From Methylophilaceae bacterium (GTDB lineage Bacteria > Pseudomonadota > Gammaproteobacteria > Burkholderiales > Methylophilaceae): a stretch of 64,000 bases of DNA. The stretch covers positions 30,431 to 94,430 of the forward strand of contig JBATAW010000017.1 of assembly GCA_049662045.1 (NCBI GenBank). Direction: 5' to 3'. Under the pieces are notes generated by a model that had not been told where the DNA came from, ran no database searches, and saw only the letters and a program-made list of their open reading frames with translations. The position numbers and the translations under genes are program-made. The stretch's first letter is position 1, and each line of letters starts with the position of its first letter. This document shows, piece after piece, positions 8,616-19,030 of this stretch.

Positions 8616-9983
8616 ATGATTAATACTAAAGAAATTCAAGCATTAGATATAGCGCATTATATGCACCCATTTACGGATCATAAAGGGCTATCAACTAAGG
8701 GCTCTCGCGTTATTACCAAAGCAGAAAATGTTTATATTTATGATTCTGACGGACATAAAATATTTGATGCGATGTCTGGTCTTTGGTGTGTGAATGTGGG
8801 CTATGGTCGCAAAGAGCTGGTCGATGCTGCAGCCAAACAAATGACTGAGCTGCCATTTTATAATAGTTTTTTTCAAACCACCAATGTGCCTGCGGTCAAG
8901 CTCGCCGAAAAAATTATTCAGCTCGCCGGGGATAATTACAGCCATGTTTTTTTTGGCAGCTCAGGCTCTGAATCAAACGATACCAATGTGCGTATGGTTC
9001 GCCACTATTGGGCAACCTTAGGTCAGCCTGAACGAACAGTTATTATAAGCCGCAATAATGCTTATCATGGCTCAACCATGGTGGGCTCTACCCTTGGTGG
9101 GATGAGCGGTATGCATGCGCAGGGCGGTATGATTCCAGATGTGGTACATATTGAGCAACCTTATCAATACGAATTAGCCCCCAATGAAGACCGCGATGCC
9201 TTTGGCATAAGGGCTGCTGGTTGGCTTGAGGATAAAATTTTAGAGGTGGGCGTTGGCAGAGTGGCGGCCTTCATTGGTGAACCTGTGCAAGGGGCAGGTG
9301 GTGTGATTATTCCACCTAAAACTTATTGGCCAGAGATACAGCGTATTTGTGATAAATATAATATTTTATTAATTTGTGATGAGGTGATTTGTGGGTTTGG
9401 GCGTTTAGGTGCTTGGTTTGGGTCTCAATTATTAGGGGCTAAACCAGATTTAATGACTTTTGCTAAAGGCATTACCTCGGGCTATATTCCACTGGGCGGT
9501 GTGATCGTCGGCAAACGCGTCGCTAAAGTGATCATTGAGCAAGGCGGCGAGTTTAATCATGGTTATACTTATTCTGGACACCCCACCGCATGCGCAGTGG
9601 CATTAGCTAACCTTGAAATTATAGAAAAAGAGGGATTGGTTAATCAAGTGAGGGATGAGACTGGCCCATATTTAGCTAAAAAATATGCTGAGTTAAGCAA
9701 ACATCCCTTAGTCGATAACCCTGAAACTTGCGGATTTGTTGCTGGGTTTGTACTCATAAAAGATAAAGTAAACCATGTGCATTTTGATGAATCTGTGGGT
9801 GTTGGCATGATTTGTCGAGGGCATTGTTTTGCAAATGGTTTAATTATGCGCGCTGTGGGAGATAGAATGATTATTGCCCCACCATTGATAACGACTAAAG
9901 CGCAAATTGACGAAATGATGGGCTTAATTCATGTGTGCTTAGACGCAACATTAGCGGATTTAAAAAAACTTGGTGAGATGTAG
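8616..9983 (+). CDS. spuC: Putrescine--pyruvate aminotransferase (class-III aminotransferase)
   Basis: Near-colinear with Pseudomonas SpuC as I recall it: GLWCVNVGYGR, FFGSSGSESNDT, ICDEVICGFGRLG, FAKGITSGYIPLGG, NGLIMRAVGD. I chose the ATG at 8616. Confidence 0.85.
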   Translation: MINTKEIQALDIAHYMHPFTDHKGLSTKGSRVITKAENVYIYDSDGHKIFDAMSGLWCVNVGYGRKELVDAAAKQMTELPFYNSFFQTTNVPAVKLAEKIIQLAGDNYSHVFFGSSGSESNDTNVRMVRHYWATLGQPERTVIISRNNAYHGSTMVGSTLGGMSGMHAQGGMIPDVVHIEQPYQYELAPNEDRDAFGIRAAGWLEDKILEVGVGRVAAFIGEPVQGAGGVIIPPKTYWPEIQRICDKYNILLICDEVICGFGRLGAWFGSQLLGAKPDLMTFAKGITSGYIPLGGVIVGKRVAKVIIEQGGEFNHGYTYSGHPTACAVALANLEIIEKEGLVNQVRDETGPYLAKKYAELSKHPLVDNPETCGFVAGFVLIKDKVNHVHFDESVGVGMICRGHCFANGLIMRAVGDRMIIAPPLITTKAQIDEMMGLIHVCLDATLADLKKLGEM

Positions 9984-10137
9984 TATTTAAGTATTATTTA
10001 TAGGTATTATTCAAATTAAATATTGGTTAAGCATGAATACATATTGTAAGATTACTCGGCGAGACCGACTTCGAAGAAGCGGATTTTTTGGTTATCAGCG
10101 GTTACCTCATTTTTATTTATTTTAAGGACACATCATC

Positions 10138-11316
10138 ATGAACTACGCTTTTAGTAAAACAGTTTTGGCATTAATGACAGTAGGATTGGTCACTGTATCT
10201 TGTGGTAAGTCGGAAAATAAAGAAGCTGGAACAACTACAGAAGTGCCAGCTGCGACCACTACAACAGCTGCAAACGGAAATGCAGAAGAAAAAATTCTCA
10301 ATATTTACAATTGGTCTGACTATATCGCGCCAGATACTATTTCAAACTTTGAAAAAGAAACAGGCATTAAAGTGCGTTACGATGTGTTTGATAGTAACGA
10401 AATTTTGCATGCAAAATTGATTGCAAAAAATACAGGGTATGACATCGTTGTACCATCATCTGAATGGGCAAAACAGCAAATAGAAGGCGGTTTATTTCAG
10501 AAGCTAGATAAAACCAAATTAACCAATTGGAAAAACTTAGATGAAGGCATTTTGAAAAAAATGGAGGGGGTAGACCCAGGTAACCAGTATTTGGTGGACT
10601 GGATGTGGAGCTATAACACCGTTGGTATTAACGAAGATAAAGTTAAAGCAGCTTTAGGTAGTACGCCAATGCCAGATAATGCTTGGGATTTAATATTTAA
10701 CCCAACTTACACCAGTAAATTAAAATCTTGCGGCATTACCTTTTTAGATACACCCACCGATGTGTTTCATGCGGCGTTACACTATTTAAATAAACCTATT
10801 TACACAGCTTCAAATGAAGATTATCAAGCTGCATATGATATGTTGATGAAAGTGCGTCCAGATATTAAAAGATTCAACTCTGGTGGGCAAATTGATGATT
10901 TAGCTGGGGGCAATATTTGTGTGGCTTACGGTTGGGCGGGGGACTTCAACTTGGCGCGTAAACGCTCTATTGAAAATAAAGCCGAGCAAAAAATTGTAGC
11001 CTTAGTGCCAAAAAATGGCGGCATTACGTTTATGGACACCATGGCGATTCCTGCAGATGCGAAACACCCTAATAATGCGCATCTTTGGATGAACTACATC
11101 ATGCAGCCAAAAGTGACTGCGGCCATTACTAACACAGTGACTTATGCTAACCCGAATAAAGCCGCGACTGAGTTTGTTGACCCAGAAATTAGAAACAACA
11201 AATCAATTTACTTATCAGATGAAGATATTGCTAAATTAGTGCCACCAGGTGTTGAAGCACCAGCTGCTAAACGAACTATCACGCGTTTGTACACCAAATT
11301 TAAATCTGGCGTATAA
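10138..11316 (+). CDS. potF: Putrescine/polyamine ABC transporter substrate-binding protein, predicted lipoprotein
   Basis: 392 aa PotF/PotD-family protein (LNIYNWSDYIAPDT, YDIVVPSS). The signal peptide ends in the lipobox-like TVSC. Confidence 0.85.
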   Translation: MNYAFSKTVLALMTVGLVTVSCGKSENKEAGTTTEVPAATTTTAANGNAEEKILNIYNWSDYIAPDTISNFEKETGIKVRYDVFDSNEILHAKLIAKNTGYDIVVPSSEWAKQQIEGGLFQKLDKTKLTNWKNLDEGILKKMEGVDPGNQYLVDWMWSYNTVGINEDKVKAALGSTPMPDNAWDLIFNPTYTSKLKSCGITFLDTPTDVFHAALHYLNKPIYTASNEDYQAAYDMLMKVRPDIKRFNSGGQIDDLAGGNICVAYGWAGDFNLARKRSIENKAEQKIVALVPKNGGITFMDTMAIPADAKHPNNAHLWMNYIMQPKVTAAITNTVTYANPNKAATEFVDPEIRNNKSIYLSDEDIAKLVPPGVEAPAAKRTITRLYTKFKSGV

Positions 11317-11399
11317 ACTGTTTGACAACAGGAGCGCATTGACTTGTGTTCCTGTAGATAGATGTAATATTTCAAACAGCATCATTAGAGGAGTTTTTT

Positions 11400-12521
11400 A
11401 TGGCAATAGCACATAAAGAAACAAGTTTGCCTGCGCAAGAAGAGCTACTGCGTGTAGAAAACGTTACCAAAATATATGATGGCACGATTAAAGCGGTCGA
11501 TGATGTTTCTCTCACTGTGATGAAAGGTGAGATTTTTGCACTTTTAGGCGGCTCAGGCTGTGGTAAATCAACCTTATTACGGATGATGGCTGGTTTTGAA
11601 AAGCCAACCAAAGGTAAGATTCATTTAGCAGGTCAAGATATTACAGATTTGCCACCATATCAACGCCCCATCAATATGATGTTTCAGTCTTACGCTTTAT
11701 TTCCACATTTAAGTGTTTGGGAAAATATCGCTTTTGGCTTAAAGCGCGATGGCATGCCTAAAGATAAAATTGCCGAACGTGTTGAAAAAATGCTAAACCT
11801 TGCACAGCTGAACAAATATGCACAGCGCAAACCGCATCAGCTTTCAGGCGGTCAACAACAACGCGTCGCCTTAGCGAGAAGCTTAGCGAAGCGCCCGAAA
11901 TTGCTACTGTTAGATGAGCCGCTAGGGGCACTAGATAAAAAATTACGTGAAACAACACAGCTAGAGCTGGTGAATATTATTGAAGAAGTAGGCGTTACTT
12001 GCGTGCTAGTGACGCATGATCAAGAAGAAGCGATGACCATGGCGAGCCGTATTGCAGTGATGTCAGAAGGATATTTTTTACAAGTGGGTGCACCAGATGC
12101 TGTATATGAAGTACCCAATAGCCGCAAGGTTGCTGACTTTATTGGCAATGTCAACTTATTTGAAGGGGTCATTGAAGAGGACGAAGCTGACCATGTGACT
12201 ATACGTTGCCCAGAATGTGTTCATTATGTCGGGCATGGTGTTAGTGGCCATACTGGCATGGCAGTCAGTGTAGCTTTGCGCCCCGAAAAAATTATGCTAA
12301 CGGATAAAAAACCGACGGGCGAGTATAACTGGTGCGAAGGTGAAGTGATGGAAATTGTCTATTTTGGTGCTCACACCACTTATCATCTTAAGTTGGATAG
12401 TGGCAAGATTATAAAAGCGCAAGAGCTCAATAATACGCGTGATTTTAGCTGTGGGCTCACGTGGGGTGACCGCGCGTATGCGCATTGGAATGATTTAGCC
12501 ATGGTAGTGTTAACTCAATAA
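11400..12521 (+). CDS. potG: Polyamine ABC transporter ATP-binding protein
   Basis: Walker A GGSGCGKST, signature LSGGQQQRVALARSL, Walker B LLLLDEP. Confidence 0.9.
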   Translation: MAIAHKETSLPAQEELLRVENVTKIYDGTIKAVDDVSLTVMKGEIFALLGGSGCGKSTLLRMMAGFEKPTKGKIHLAGQDITDLPPYQRPINMMFQSYALFPHLSVWENIAFGLKRDGMPKDKIAERVEKMLNLAQLNKYAQRKPHQLSGGQQQRVALARSLAKRPKLLLLDEPLGALDKKLRETTQLELVNIIEEVGVTCVLVTHDQEEAMTMASRIAVMSEGYFLQVGAPDAVYEVPNSRKVADFIGNVNLFEGVIEEDEADHVTIRCPECVHYVGHGVSGHTGMAVSVALRPEKIMLTDKKPTGEYNWCEGEVMEIVYFGAHTTYHLKLDSGKIIKAQELNNTRDFSCGLTWGDRAYAHWNDLAMVVLTQ

Positions 12522-12536
12522 ATTAAGGGGCGATAA

Positions 12537-13439
12537 ATGGCGACAGCTCAAGGTTTTTTTTCGCGAGTATTTGACGGAAAACATACCGTTATCGGTATTC
12601 CTTATCTATGGTTTTTGTTACTCGCAGCCATTCCAATTCTCATTATCTTAAAAATTAGCCTGTCTGAAATGGAGGGGACTTCTGTTTCTAACATGATTAA
12701 TTGGCAAGATGGCTGGCCAAAATTGACGCTGAATTTTGCGAGTTATCAATTTATTTTTACCGATTCTTTATACCTTAAAACTTACCTGTCATCCATTGAA
12801 TACGCCTTATTAACCACCATTCTTTGTTTAATCATCGGTTATCCATTTGCCTATTTTATGGCGCGTTCACCCAAACATTTGCAACCCACGTTGCTAATGT
12901 TGATTATGTTGCCATTTTGGACATCTTTTTTATTGCGTATTTATGCATGGAAAACCATCTTGGAAAATAATGGCCTGTTGAATAAAGCGCTGATGGGCAT
13001 GGGTCTGATTGATACGCCAATAGCCATGATGAACACATCATTTTCACTCATGGTGGGCATGGTGTATTCCTATTTACCTTTTATGATATTACCGCTATAC
13101 GCCAATTTATCTAAGATGGATATGCGTTATTTAGAAGCGGCGTCTGATCTCGGCGCTAGTCCATTTAAAGCATTTTGGTTGATTACTGTACCGCTTTCTA
13201 AAGCGGGCATTATTGCGGGGTCAATGCTGGTTTTTATTCCAACTATTGGTGAGTATGTGATTCCAGAATTACTGGGAGGTTCTAGCACACTGATGATAGG
13301 CCGCGTCTTATGGAATGAGTTTTTTAGCAACAATGATTGGCCAATGGCATCTGCCGTGGCCGTTGTGATGATTTTACTCATATTAGTGCCCATGGCGTTT
13401 TATAACAAATCACAAGCAGAACAGTTAGGAGCAAAATAA
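12537..13439 (+). CDS. potH: Polyamine ABC transporter permease
   Basis: 300 aa multi-TM protein with an EAA-loop-like EAASDLGASPFKAFWLITVP. Confidence 0.9.
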   Translation: MATAQGFFSRVFDGKHTVIGIPYLWFLLLAAIPILIILKISLSEMEGTSVSNMINWQDGWPKLTLNFASYQFIFTDSLYLKTYLSSIEYALLTTILCLIIGYPFAYFMARSPKHLQPTLLMLIMLPFWTSFLLRIYAWKTILENNGLLNKALMGMGLIDTPIAMMNTSFSLMVGMVYSYLPFMILPLYANLSKMDMRYLEAASDLGASPFKAFWLITVPLSKAGIIAGSMLVFIPTIGEYVIPELLGGSSTLMIGRVLWNEFFSNNDWPMASAVAVVMILLILVPMAFYNKSQAEQLGAK

Positions 13440-14287
13440 TGAGTGCGGCTTCTAATAACAAAATATTTGCTAATGGTTGGATGATTGCTGTTTATTTGTT
13501 CCTATATTTACCTATTATCACTTTGGTTGTCTATTCATTTAATGATTCAAGATTAGTCACCACTTGGTCGCACGCTAGTTTGCGCTGGTACGAGGCGCTC
13601 ATTGAGGATGATGATTTAATTTCAGCCGTTTTTCTATCACTTAAAATTGCGGGTATTTCAGCGCTCATGTCCGTTGTTTTTGGTACGTTTACGGCCTACG
13701 CATTAAATCGCTACAGTCTTTTTAAAGGCCGTACCTTGTTATCTTCAATGGCAAGCATGCCGCTGGTGATGCCTGATGTGATTGTTGGCTTGTCATTATT
13801 ATTAATGGTGATTTCAGTGCAACACTGGCTAGGCTTTCCAGAGAAAGGATTATTTACAATTTTGCTAGGGCATGCTTTGCTCGGGACAGCTTACGCAACG
13901 GTTGTCGTCACCTCCAGGCTAAAAGAGATGGATAGCAAATTAGATGAAGCGGCCATGGATTTAGGCTGTAAACCTTGGCAGGTATTTACGCTGGTGACTT
14001 TTCCATTGTTAATTCCAGCATTAATTTCAGCTTTTCTTTTGACATTTACCTTGTCTTTTGATGATGTAGTGCTGTCTTCATTTTTATCTGGCCCAGGCTA
14101 TTCAACCATGCCGATGGTGATTTTTTCACGCGCAAGGTTAGGCCTAAACCCGACGATTAACGCCGTAGCGACGGTCACTATTACTGTGGTGACGATTGCT
14201 GTGATTGCGTCAAGTTTCTACACCTCACATCAAGAACGCAAACGCAAACGTGAAGAGGCGCAGGCCTATAGTGATATTAATAAATAG
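13439..14287 (+). CDS. potI: Polyamine ABC transporter permease
   Basis: 282 aa with the EAA loop EAAMDLGCKPWQVFTLVTFP. Its start overlaps the potH stop (ATAATG). Confidence 0.9.
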   Translation: MSAASNNKIFANGWMIAVYLFLYLPIITLVVYSFNDSRLVTTWSHASLRWYEALIEDDDLISAVFLSLKIAGISALMSVVFGTFTAYALNRYSLFKGRTLLSSMASMPLVMPDVIVGLSLLLMVISVQHWLGFPEKGLFTILLGHALLGTAYATVVVTSRLKEMDSKLDEAAMDLGCKPWQVFTLVTFPLLIPALISAFLLTFTLSFDDVVLSSFLSGPGYSTMPMVIFSRARLGLNPTINAVATVTITVVTIAVIASSFYTSHQERKRKREEAQAYSDINK

Positions 14288-14302
14288 TTAAAATAAGCTA
14301 AC

Positions 14303-14331
14303 AAAGCGCCACTTTGAGCGCTTTTGCGCTC
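14303..14331 (+). terminator. Hairpin region after potI (two alternative stems)
   Basis: AAAGCGC-cactttga-GCGCTTT overlaps GAGCGC-tttt-GCGCTC. Only a short T run follows, so termination is uncertain. Confidence 0.35.
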
Positions 14332-14351
14332 AATCAAATTAAGCAGGCATT

Positions 14352-15812
14352 ATGGCAATAAAATTAAAATACCCAGCACTCCTTAAAAATAACCAAACTT
14401 TGCTAGCAGGGCAGTGGGTAGGGGCAGACTCAAGTGAAACGATCACAGTCACCAACCCAGCCACTAATGAAGTGATCGCAAGTGTGCCAAAAATGGGCAA
14501 AGCTGAAACGACGCGGGCGATTGCTGCTAGCCAAGTGGCCCAAAAACAATGGAAAAACCTAACGGCTAAGGCGCGCGCAGTTATTTTAAAACGTTGGTTT
14601 GATTTGCTGATATTGCACCAAGAAGATTTAGCGCAAATTCTCACGGCTGAGCAAGGTAAACCTTTAGCAGAGTCACGTGGTGAAATGCTATATGGCGCCA
14701 GCTTTGTAGAGTGGTTTGCTGAAGAAGCTAAACGAATTTATGGCGAAACGATTCCTGCACCGATGGCAGATAGAAAACTAATCGTCATTAAACAGCCCAT
14801 TGGCGTGACCGCAGCTATTACCCCGTGGAATTTCCCCGTCGCCATGATTACCCGCAAGGCCGCACCAGCTTTGGCCGCAGGCTGCAGCATGATCATTAAA
14901 CCTGCCGAGCAAACGCCATTATCGGCTATTGCATTAGCTGTGTTAGCAGAAGAAGCGGGCGTACCCGCTGGCGTGTTACAGGTGATTACGGGGAAAGCAC
15001 GTGAAATTGGCGCAGTGCTATGTGAAAGCCCCGTGGTGACTAAATTATCATTTACGGGTTCAACAGAAGTGGGGCGAATTTTAATGCGCCAATGTGCGGA
15101 TACCATTAAGAAATTATCGCTAGAGTTAGGTGGCAATGCGCCATTTATTGTGTTTGATGATGCGGATTTAGATGCGGCCGTTGAAGGCGCAATGATAAGC
15201 AAGTTTCGTAATGCTGGTCAAACGTGCGTCTGTGCAAATCGCTTATTTGTGCAAGATGGTATATTTGACGCTTTTGCTAAAAAGCTGGCAGAAAAAGTAG
15301 CTACGCTTAAAGTAGGTGAGGGCACGGCAGATGGTGTTACACAAGGGCCTTTAATTGACCAAGCTGCCATTGATAAAGTTGAAAGTCATGTTGCTGACGC
15401 CTTAAGTAAAGGCGCTACTTTGTTGCAGGGCGGTAAACGGCATGCACAAGGCGGTACTTTTTATGAGCCCACCGTGCTAGCAGGTGTTAGTGCGGATGCG
15501 ATGATTTTTAAAGAAGAAACGTTTGGCCCCGTTGCGCCATTATTCCGCTTTAAAACAGATGATGAAGTAATTGCCCTAGCCAATAACACTGAATTTGGCT
15601 TAGCTTCTTATTTTTACAGCCGCGATATTGGCCGAATTTGGCGCGTTGCTGAGGCCTTAGAGTACGGTATGGTGGGCATCAACACTGGCATGATTTCAAA
15701 CGAAGTGGCGCCATTTGGCGGTGTTAAACAATCTGGTTTAGGGCGCGAAGGCTCACACCACGGCATTGATGAATATTTAGAAATTAAATATATTGCGATG
15801 GCTGGTTTGTAA
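14352..15812 (+). CDS. gabD: Succinate-semialdehyde dehydrogenase
   Basis: Highly colinear with E. coli GabD: VTNPATNEVIASVPKMG, ITPWNFPVAMITRK, ELGGNAPFIVFDDADLD, GQTCVCANR, EYLEIKY. Confidence 0.92.
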   Translation: MAIKLKYPALLKNNQTLLAGQWVGADSSETITVTNPATNEVIASVPKMGKAETTRAIAASQVAQKQWKNLTAKARAVILKRWFDLLILHQEDLAQILTAEQGKPLAESRGEMLYGASFVEWFAEEAKRIYGETIPAPMADRKLIVIKQPIGVTAAITPWNFPVAMITRKAAPALAAGCSMIIKPAEQTPLSAIALAVLAEEAGVPAGVLQVITGKAREIGAVLCESPVVTKLSFTGSTEVGRILMRQCADTIKKLSLELGGNAPFIVFDDADLDAAVEGAMISKFRNAGQTCVCANRLFVQDGIFDAFAKKLAEKVATLKVGEGTADGVTQGPLIDQAAIDKVESHVADALSKGATLLQGGKRHAQGGTFYEPTVLAGVSADAMIFKEETFGPVAPLFRFKTDDEVIALANNTEFGLASYFYSRDIGRIWRVAEALEYGMVGINTGMISNEVAPFGGVKQSGLGREGSHHGIDEYLEIKYIAMAGL

Positions 15813-15878
15813 AAAGACAGGATTACAAATAGGCTAGATGGATAAAAAAAACCTGACTAAAAAGTAGCAAAAAACCCT

Positions 15879-15942
15879 CGAGAAAAATTTATGCCTCTGG
15901 AAGCCGCCTAGAATGCGGCTTCCAGAGCATCGAAATAAGATG
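15879..15942 (+). repeat. REP/MITE-like element, short class, copy 2 (archetype)
   Basis: CGAGAAAAATTTATGCCTCTGGAAGCCGC-ctagaat-GCGGCTTCCAGAGCATCGAAATAAGATG. It forms a 16-17-bp hairpin with one bulge in the gabD-puuC spacer. Confidence 0.85.
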
Positions 15943-15981
15943 ATGTTGAGTTTAGCAAAATTAAAAGGTTGATAACTAAAA

Positions 15982-17475
15982 ATGGCAGACAATAAAATAG
16001 ATTGGCACGCACGCGCAAAAACCTTGAAAATAGATGGGCGTGCGGTTATTGGCGGTGTGCGTATGCCTGCCGCGGGTGGTCAAACGTTTGAATGTTTTTC
16101 GCCAATTGATAACCGCAAGCTTGCTGATGTGGCCAGTTGCCAAGAAGTCGATGTCAATTTAGCCGTGGCTTGTGCCCGCACCGCCTTTAATGATAAGCGT
16201 TGGGCTGGCTTAAGCCCGCGCGAACGCAAACAAATCATGATTCGCTTTGCAGATTTACTCATCGCTAACAAAGATGAATTAGCCTTGTTAGAAACGCTTG
16301 ATATGGGCAAGCCCATTAGCGCGAGCTTGAGTGTGGATGTAAACTCTGCCGCCAATAGTTTGCGCTGGTTTGGCGAGGCCATTGACAAAGTTTATGATGA
16401 AATTGCGCCAACGGCTGACAACACAATCGCCATGATTACGCGCGAGCCAATAGGTGTGGTGGCTGCCATTGTGCCGTGGAATTACCCGATTTTAATGGCC
16501 TGCTGGAAAATTGCCCCTGCCTTGGCCACAGGCAATAGCGTGGTTTTAAAGCCCTCTGAAAAATCACCGCTTACTGCACTAAGGCTGGGAGATTTAGCAC
16601 TTGAAGCTGGCGTGCCCGCTGGGGTGTTAAATGTCGTGCCAGGGTTTGGCGAGCAAGCAGGCACGCCGCTTGCCATGCACATGGATGTTGACTGCATTGC
16701 ATTTACGGGCTCTACAGGCGTGGGCAAAAAAATTCAAATCATGGCAGGACAGAGCAACTTAAAACGTGCTTGGTGTGAATTAGGCGGTAAATCGCCCAAT
16801 ATTGTTTTTGCCGATTGTAAAGATTTAGACCTAGCGGCCGCAGCCAGTGCAGGCTCAATTTTTTATAACCAAGGTGAAAGTTGCAATGCGCCTTCTAGGT
16901 TGTTGGTTGAACGCTCAATTAAAGATGCATTCGTTAAAAAATTGCTTGCAGAGCTTAAAAATTATCAACCTGCCGACCCACTAGACCCAGCAACCAGCAT
17001 GGGCGCGTTGGTAGATGATAGCCAAATGCAAAATGTTCTTAAATACATTGCCAGTGGTAAAGCACAAGGTGCAACTTTGCTGGCAGGAGGCGAGCAAGTA
17101 CGCACTGAAACAGGCGGCTTTTATGTTGGCCCAACCGTGTTTTCTGAAGTGCGTAATGACATGGCCATCGCGAGTGAAGAGATTTTTGGTCCAGTATTAT
17201 CCATTATTACGTTTGATACAGAAGAAGAAGCGATTCGCATTGCTAACGATACGCCTTATGGTCTAGCCGCAGCCGTTTGGACGCAAGATATTTCACGTGC
17301 ACATTTAGTGGCAAAACGTTTGCGAGCAGGCACCGTGCATGTAAATTGCTATGATGAAGATGACATTACCGTGCCATTTGGCGGCTTTAAGCAAAGCGGT
17401 AATGGTCGCGATAAATCATTGCACGCACTAGAAAAATATACCGAACTGAAAACTACTTGGATTAAGCTGGCCTAG
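15982..17475 (+). CDS. puuC: NAD-dependent aldehyde dehydrogenase, gamma-glutamyl-gamma-aminobutyraldehyde dehydrogenase-like
   Basis: 497 aa ALDH (VPWNYP, ELGGKSP, catalytic Cys context GESCNAPSR). The specific substrate is inferred from cluster context. Confidence 0.75.
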   Translation: MADNKIDWHARAKTLKIDGRAVIGGVRMPAAGGQTFECFSPIDNRKLADVASCQEVDVNLAVACARTAFNDKRWAGLSPRERKQIMIRFADLLIANKDELALLETLDMGKPISASLSVDVNSAANSLRWFGEAIDKVYDEIAPTADNTIAMITREPIGVVAAIVPWNYPILMACWKIAPALATGNSVVLKPSEKSPLTALRLGDLALEAGVPAGVLNVVPGFGEQAGTPLAMHMDVDCIAFTGSTGVGKKIQIMAGQSNLKRAWCELGGKSPNIVFADCKDLDLAAAASAGSIFYNQGESCNAPSRLLVERSIKDAFVKKLLAELKNYQPADPLDPATSMGALVDDSQMQNVLKYIASGKAQGATLLAGGEQVRTETGGFYVGPTVFSEVRNDMAIASEEIFGPVLSIITFDTEEEAIRIANDTPYGLAAAVWTQDISRAHLVAKRLRAGTVHVNCYDEDDITVPFGGFKQSGNGRDKSLHALEKYTELKTTWIKLA

Positions 17476-17523
17476 CTAAATAACGAGATTAAATAACACT
17501 GGTAAAAATAAAGAGACATCACC

Positions 17524-18795
17524 ATGAAAACCAATCAAAGCTTACACAATCGCCGACTAGCCGCCACGCCACGTGGCATTGGCGTGATGGCAAACTTTTT
17601 TATTGAGCGCGCACTGAATGCCGAAGTTTGGGATGTAGAAGGAAAACGCTATATAGACTTTGCGGGTGGCATAGCGGTGCTGAATACGGGGCATCGGCAT
17701 CCAAAAGTGGTGGCGGCTATCGAGGCGCAATTAAAGCAATTTACCCATACTTGCTACCAAGTGTTACCTTATGAAAGTTATGTGACGTTGGCCGAGCGTA
17801 TTAACCAGCTAACACCTGGTCAATTTGCCAAAAAAACTTGTTTTTTCTCTAGCGGGGCAGAGGCGGTTGAAAACGCCATTAAAATAGCCCGCGCTAGCAC
17901 GGGCCGTCCAGGGGTTATTGCATTTTCTGGCGCGTTTCACGGCCGCACCATGATGGGCTGTGCGCTAACAGGTAAAGTTTCGCCTTATAAAATCGGCTTT
18001 GGGCCTTTTCCTGCCGAAGTTTATCACGCGCCTTTTCCGGTGGATTTGCATGGCGTAAGTGTAGATGATGCAATCAATGCCATTCATACCATGTTTAAAT
18101 CAGATATCGACCCCAAACGAATAGCCGCCATTATTATTGAGCCAGTGCAAGGCGAGGGCGGTTTTTATGTAACGCCACCTGCGCTGATGCGCGCACTACG
18201 TGCTTTGTGTGACGAGCATGGTATCTTGCTAATTTTTGATGAAATACAAACTGGTTTTGGGCGCACTGGCAAAATGTTTGCTGCTGAGCATTACGATGTT
18301 TTGCCAGACATCATCACCATGGCAAAAAGCATGGCAGGCGGCACCACGCTATCTGCCGTGTGCGGTAAAGCAGAAGTGATGGATGGCCCAGCCCCTGGCG
18401 GCTTGGGTGGCACTTATGCAGGTAACCCATTAGCCATTGCGGCTTCTCACGCGGTAATAGACGTGATAGAACAAGAGCAACTTATTGCTCGTGCAAACCA
18501 ATTAGGTGAAAAATTAACCCAACATTTAACAGCGCTACAAGCAAAAGTGCCCGCATTAAAAGATGTCCGTGGGCTAGGCTCTATGATAGCGGCCGAATTT
18601 TATGACCCTAAATCAGGCGAGCCATCCGCCAGCATTGCCAAACAAGTGCAACAATTTGCCTTAGAAAAAGGCTTAATACTGCTGACCTGCGGAATCTATA
18701 CTAATGCCTTAAGGTTTTTATACCCACTGACCATAGAAGATAGCGTATTTGATGAAGCCATTGCAATCATAGATAAAGCTATTTTATCAATCTGA
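17524..18795 (+). CDS. gabT: 4-aminobutyrate--2-oxoglutarate transaminase
   Basis: 423 aa, GabT-like throughout: [44 protein letters not shown]. Confidence 0.92.
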   Translation: MKTNQSLHNRRLAATPRGIGVMANFFIERALNAEVWDVEGKRYIDFAGGIAVLNTGHRHPKVVAAIEAQLKQFTHTCYQVLPYESYVTLAERINQLTPGQFAKKTCFFSSGAEAVENAIKIARASTGRPGVIAFSGAFHGRTMMGCALTGKVSPYKIGFGPFPAEVYHAPFPVDLHGVSVDDAINAIHTMFKSDIDPKRIAAIIIEPVQGEGGFYVTPPALMRALRALCDEHGILLIFDEIQTGFGRTGKMFAAEHYDVLPDIITMAKSMAGGTTLSAVCGKAEVMDGPAPGGLGGTYAGNPLAIAASHAVIDVIEQEQLIARANQLGEKLTQHLTALQAKVPALKDVRGLGSMIAAEFYDPKSGEPSASIAKQVQQFALEKGLILLTCGIYTNALRFLYPLTIEDSVFDEAIAIIDKAILSI

Positions 18796-18862
18796 TGTAT
18801 TGAGAGCACTTAGATAATTAGAAATTATTTACTTGTAGTAATTAATTTGCGATAGTAAATTG

Positions 18863-19030
18863 TCAATATAAATGCCCAGTATTCTCGATAGTGATGACTC
18901 TCGTATCACCCAACTCTTTTGCGGTACGTTGCCTTTCTTGCAAAGTTGACCAGTCATGGTCTCCATAGGTAATCCCCCTAACGACCAAGATAACCAGTCG
19001 GCTTGAGGGTAAGAAATTTTGTTCGGTCAT
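18863..19030 (-). pseudogene. Possible relic of an alpha/beta-hydrolase C-terminus
   Basis: Hand-translated 55-aa ORF MTEQNFLPSSRLVILVVRGITYGDHDWSTLQERQRTAKELGDTRVITIENTGHLY. It resembles the final strand / His-loop region (..GxxDW....I.N.GH..) of alpha/beta hydrolases, and no N-terminal part is present. Confidence 0.25.

Noticed and set aside
14738-16727. Minus-strand ORFs inside gabD and puuC (14738-15202, 16080-16388, 16482-16727).
   Set aside because: These are typical antisense open frames of GC-richer aldehyde dehydrogenase genes (Ala/Ser/Pro-rich). The sense genes are unambiguous.
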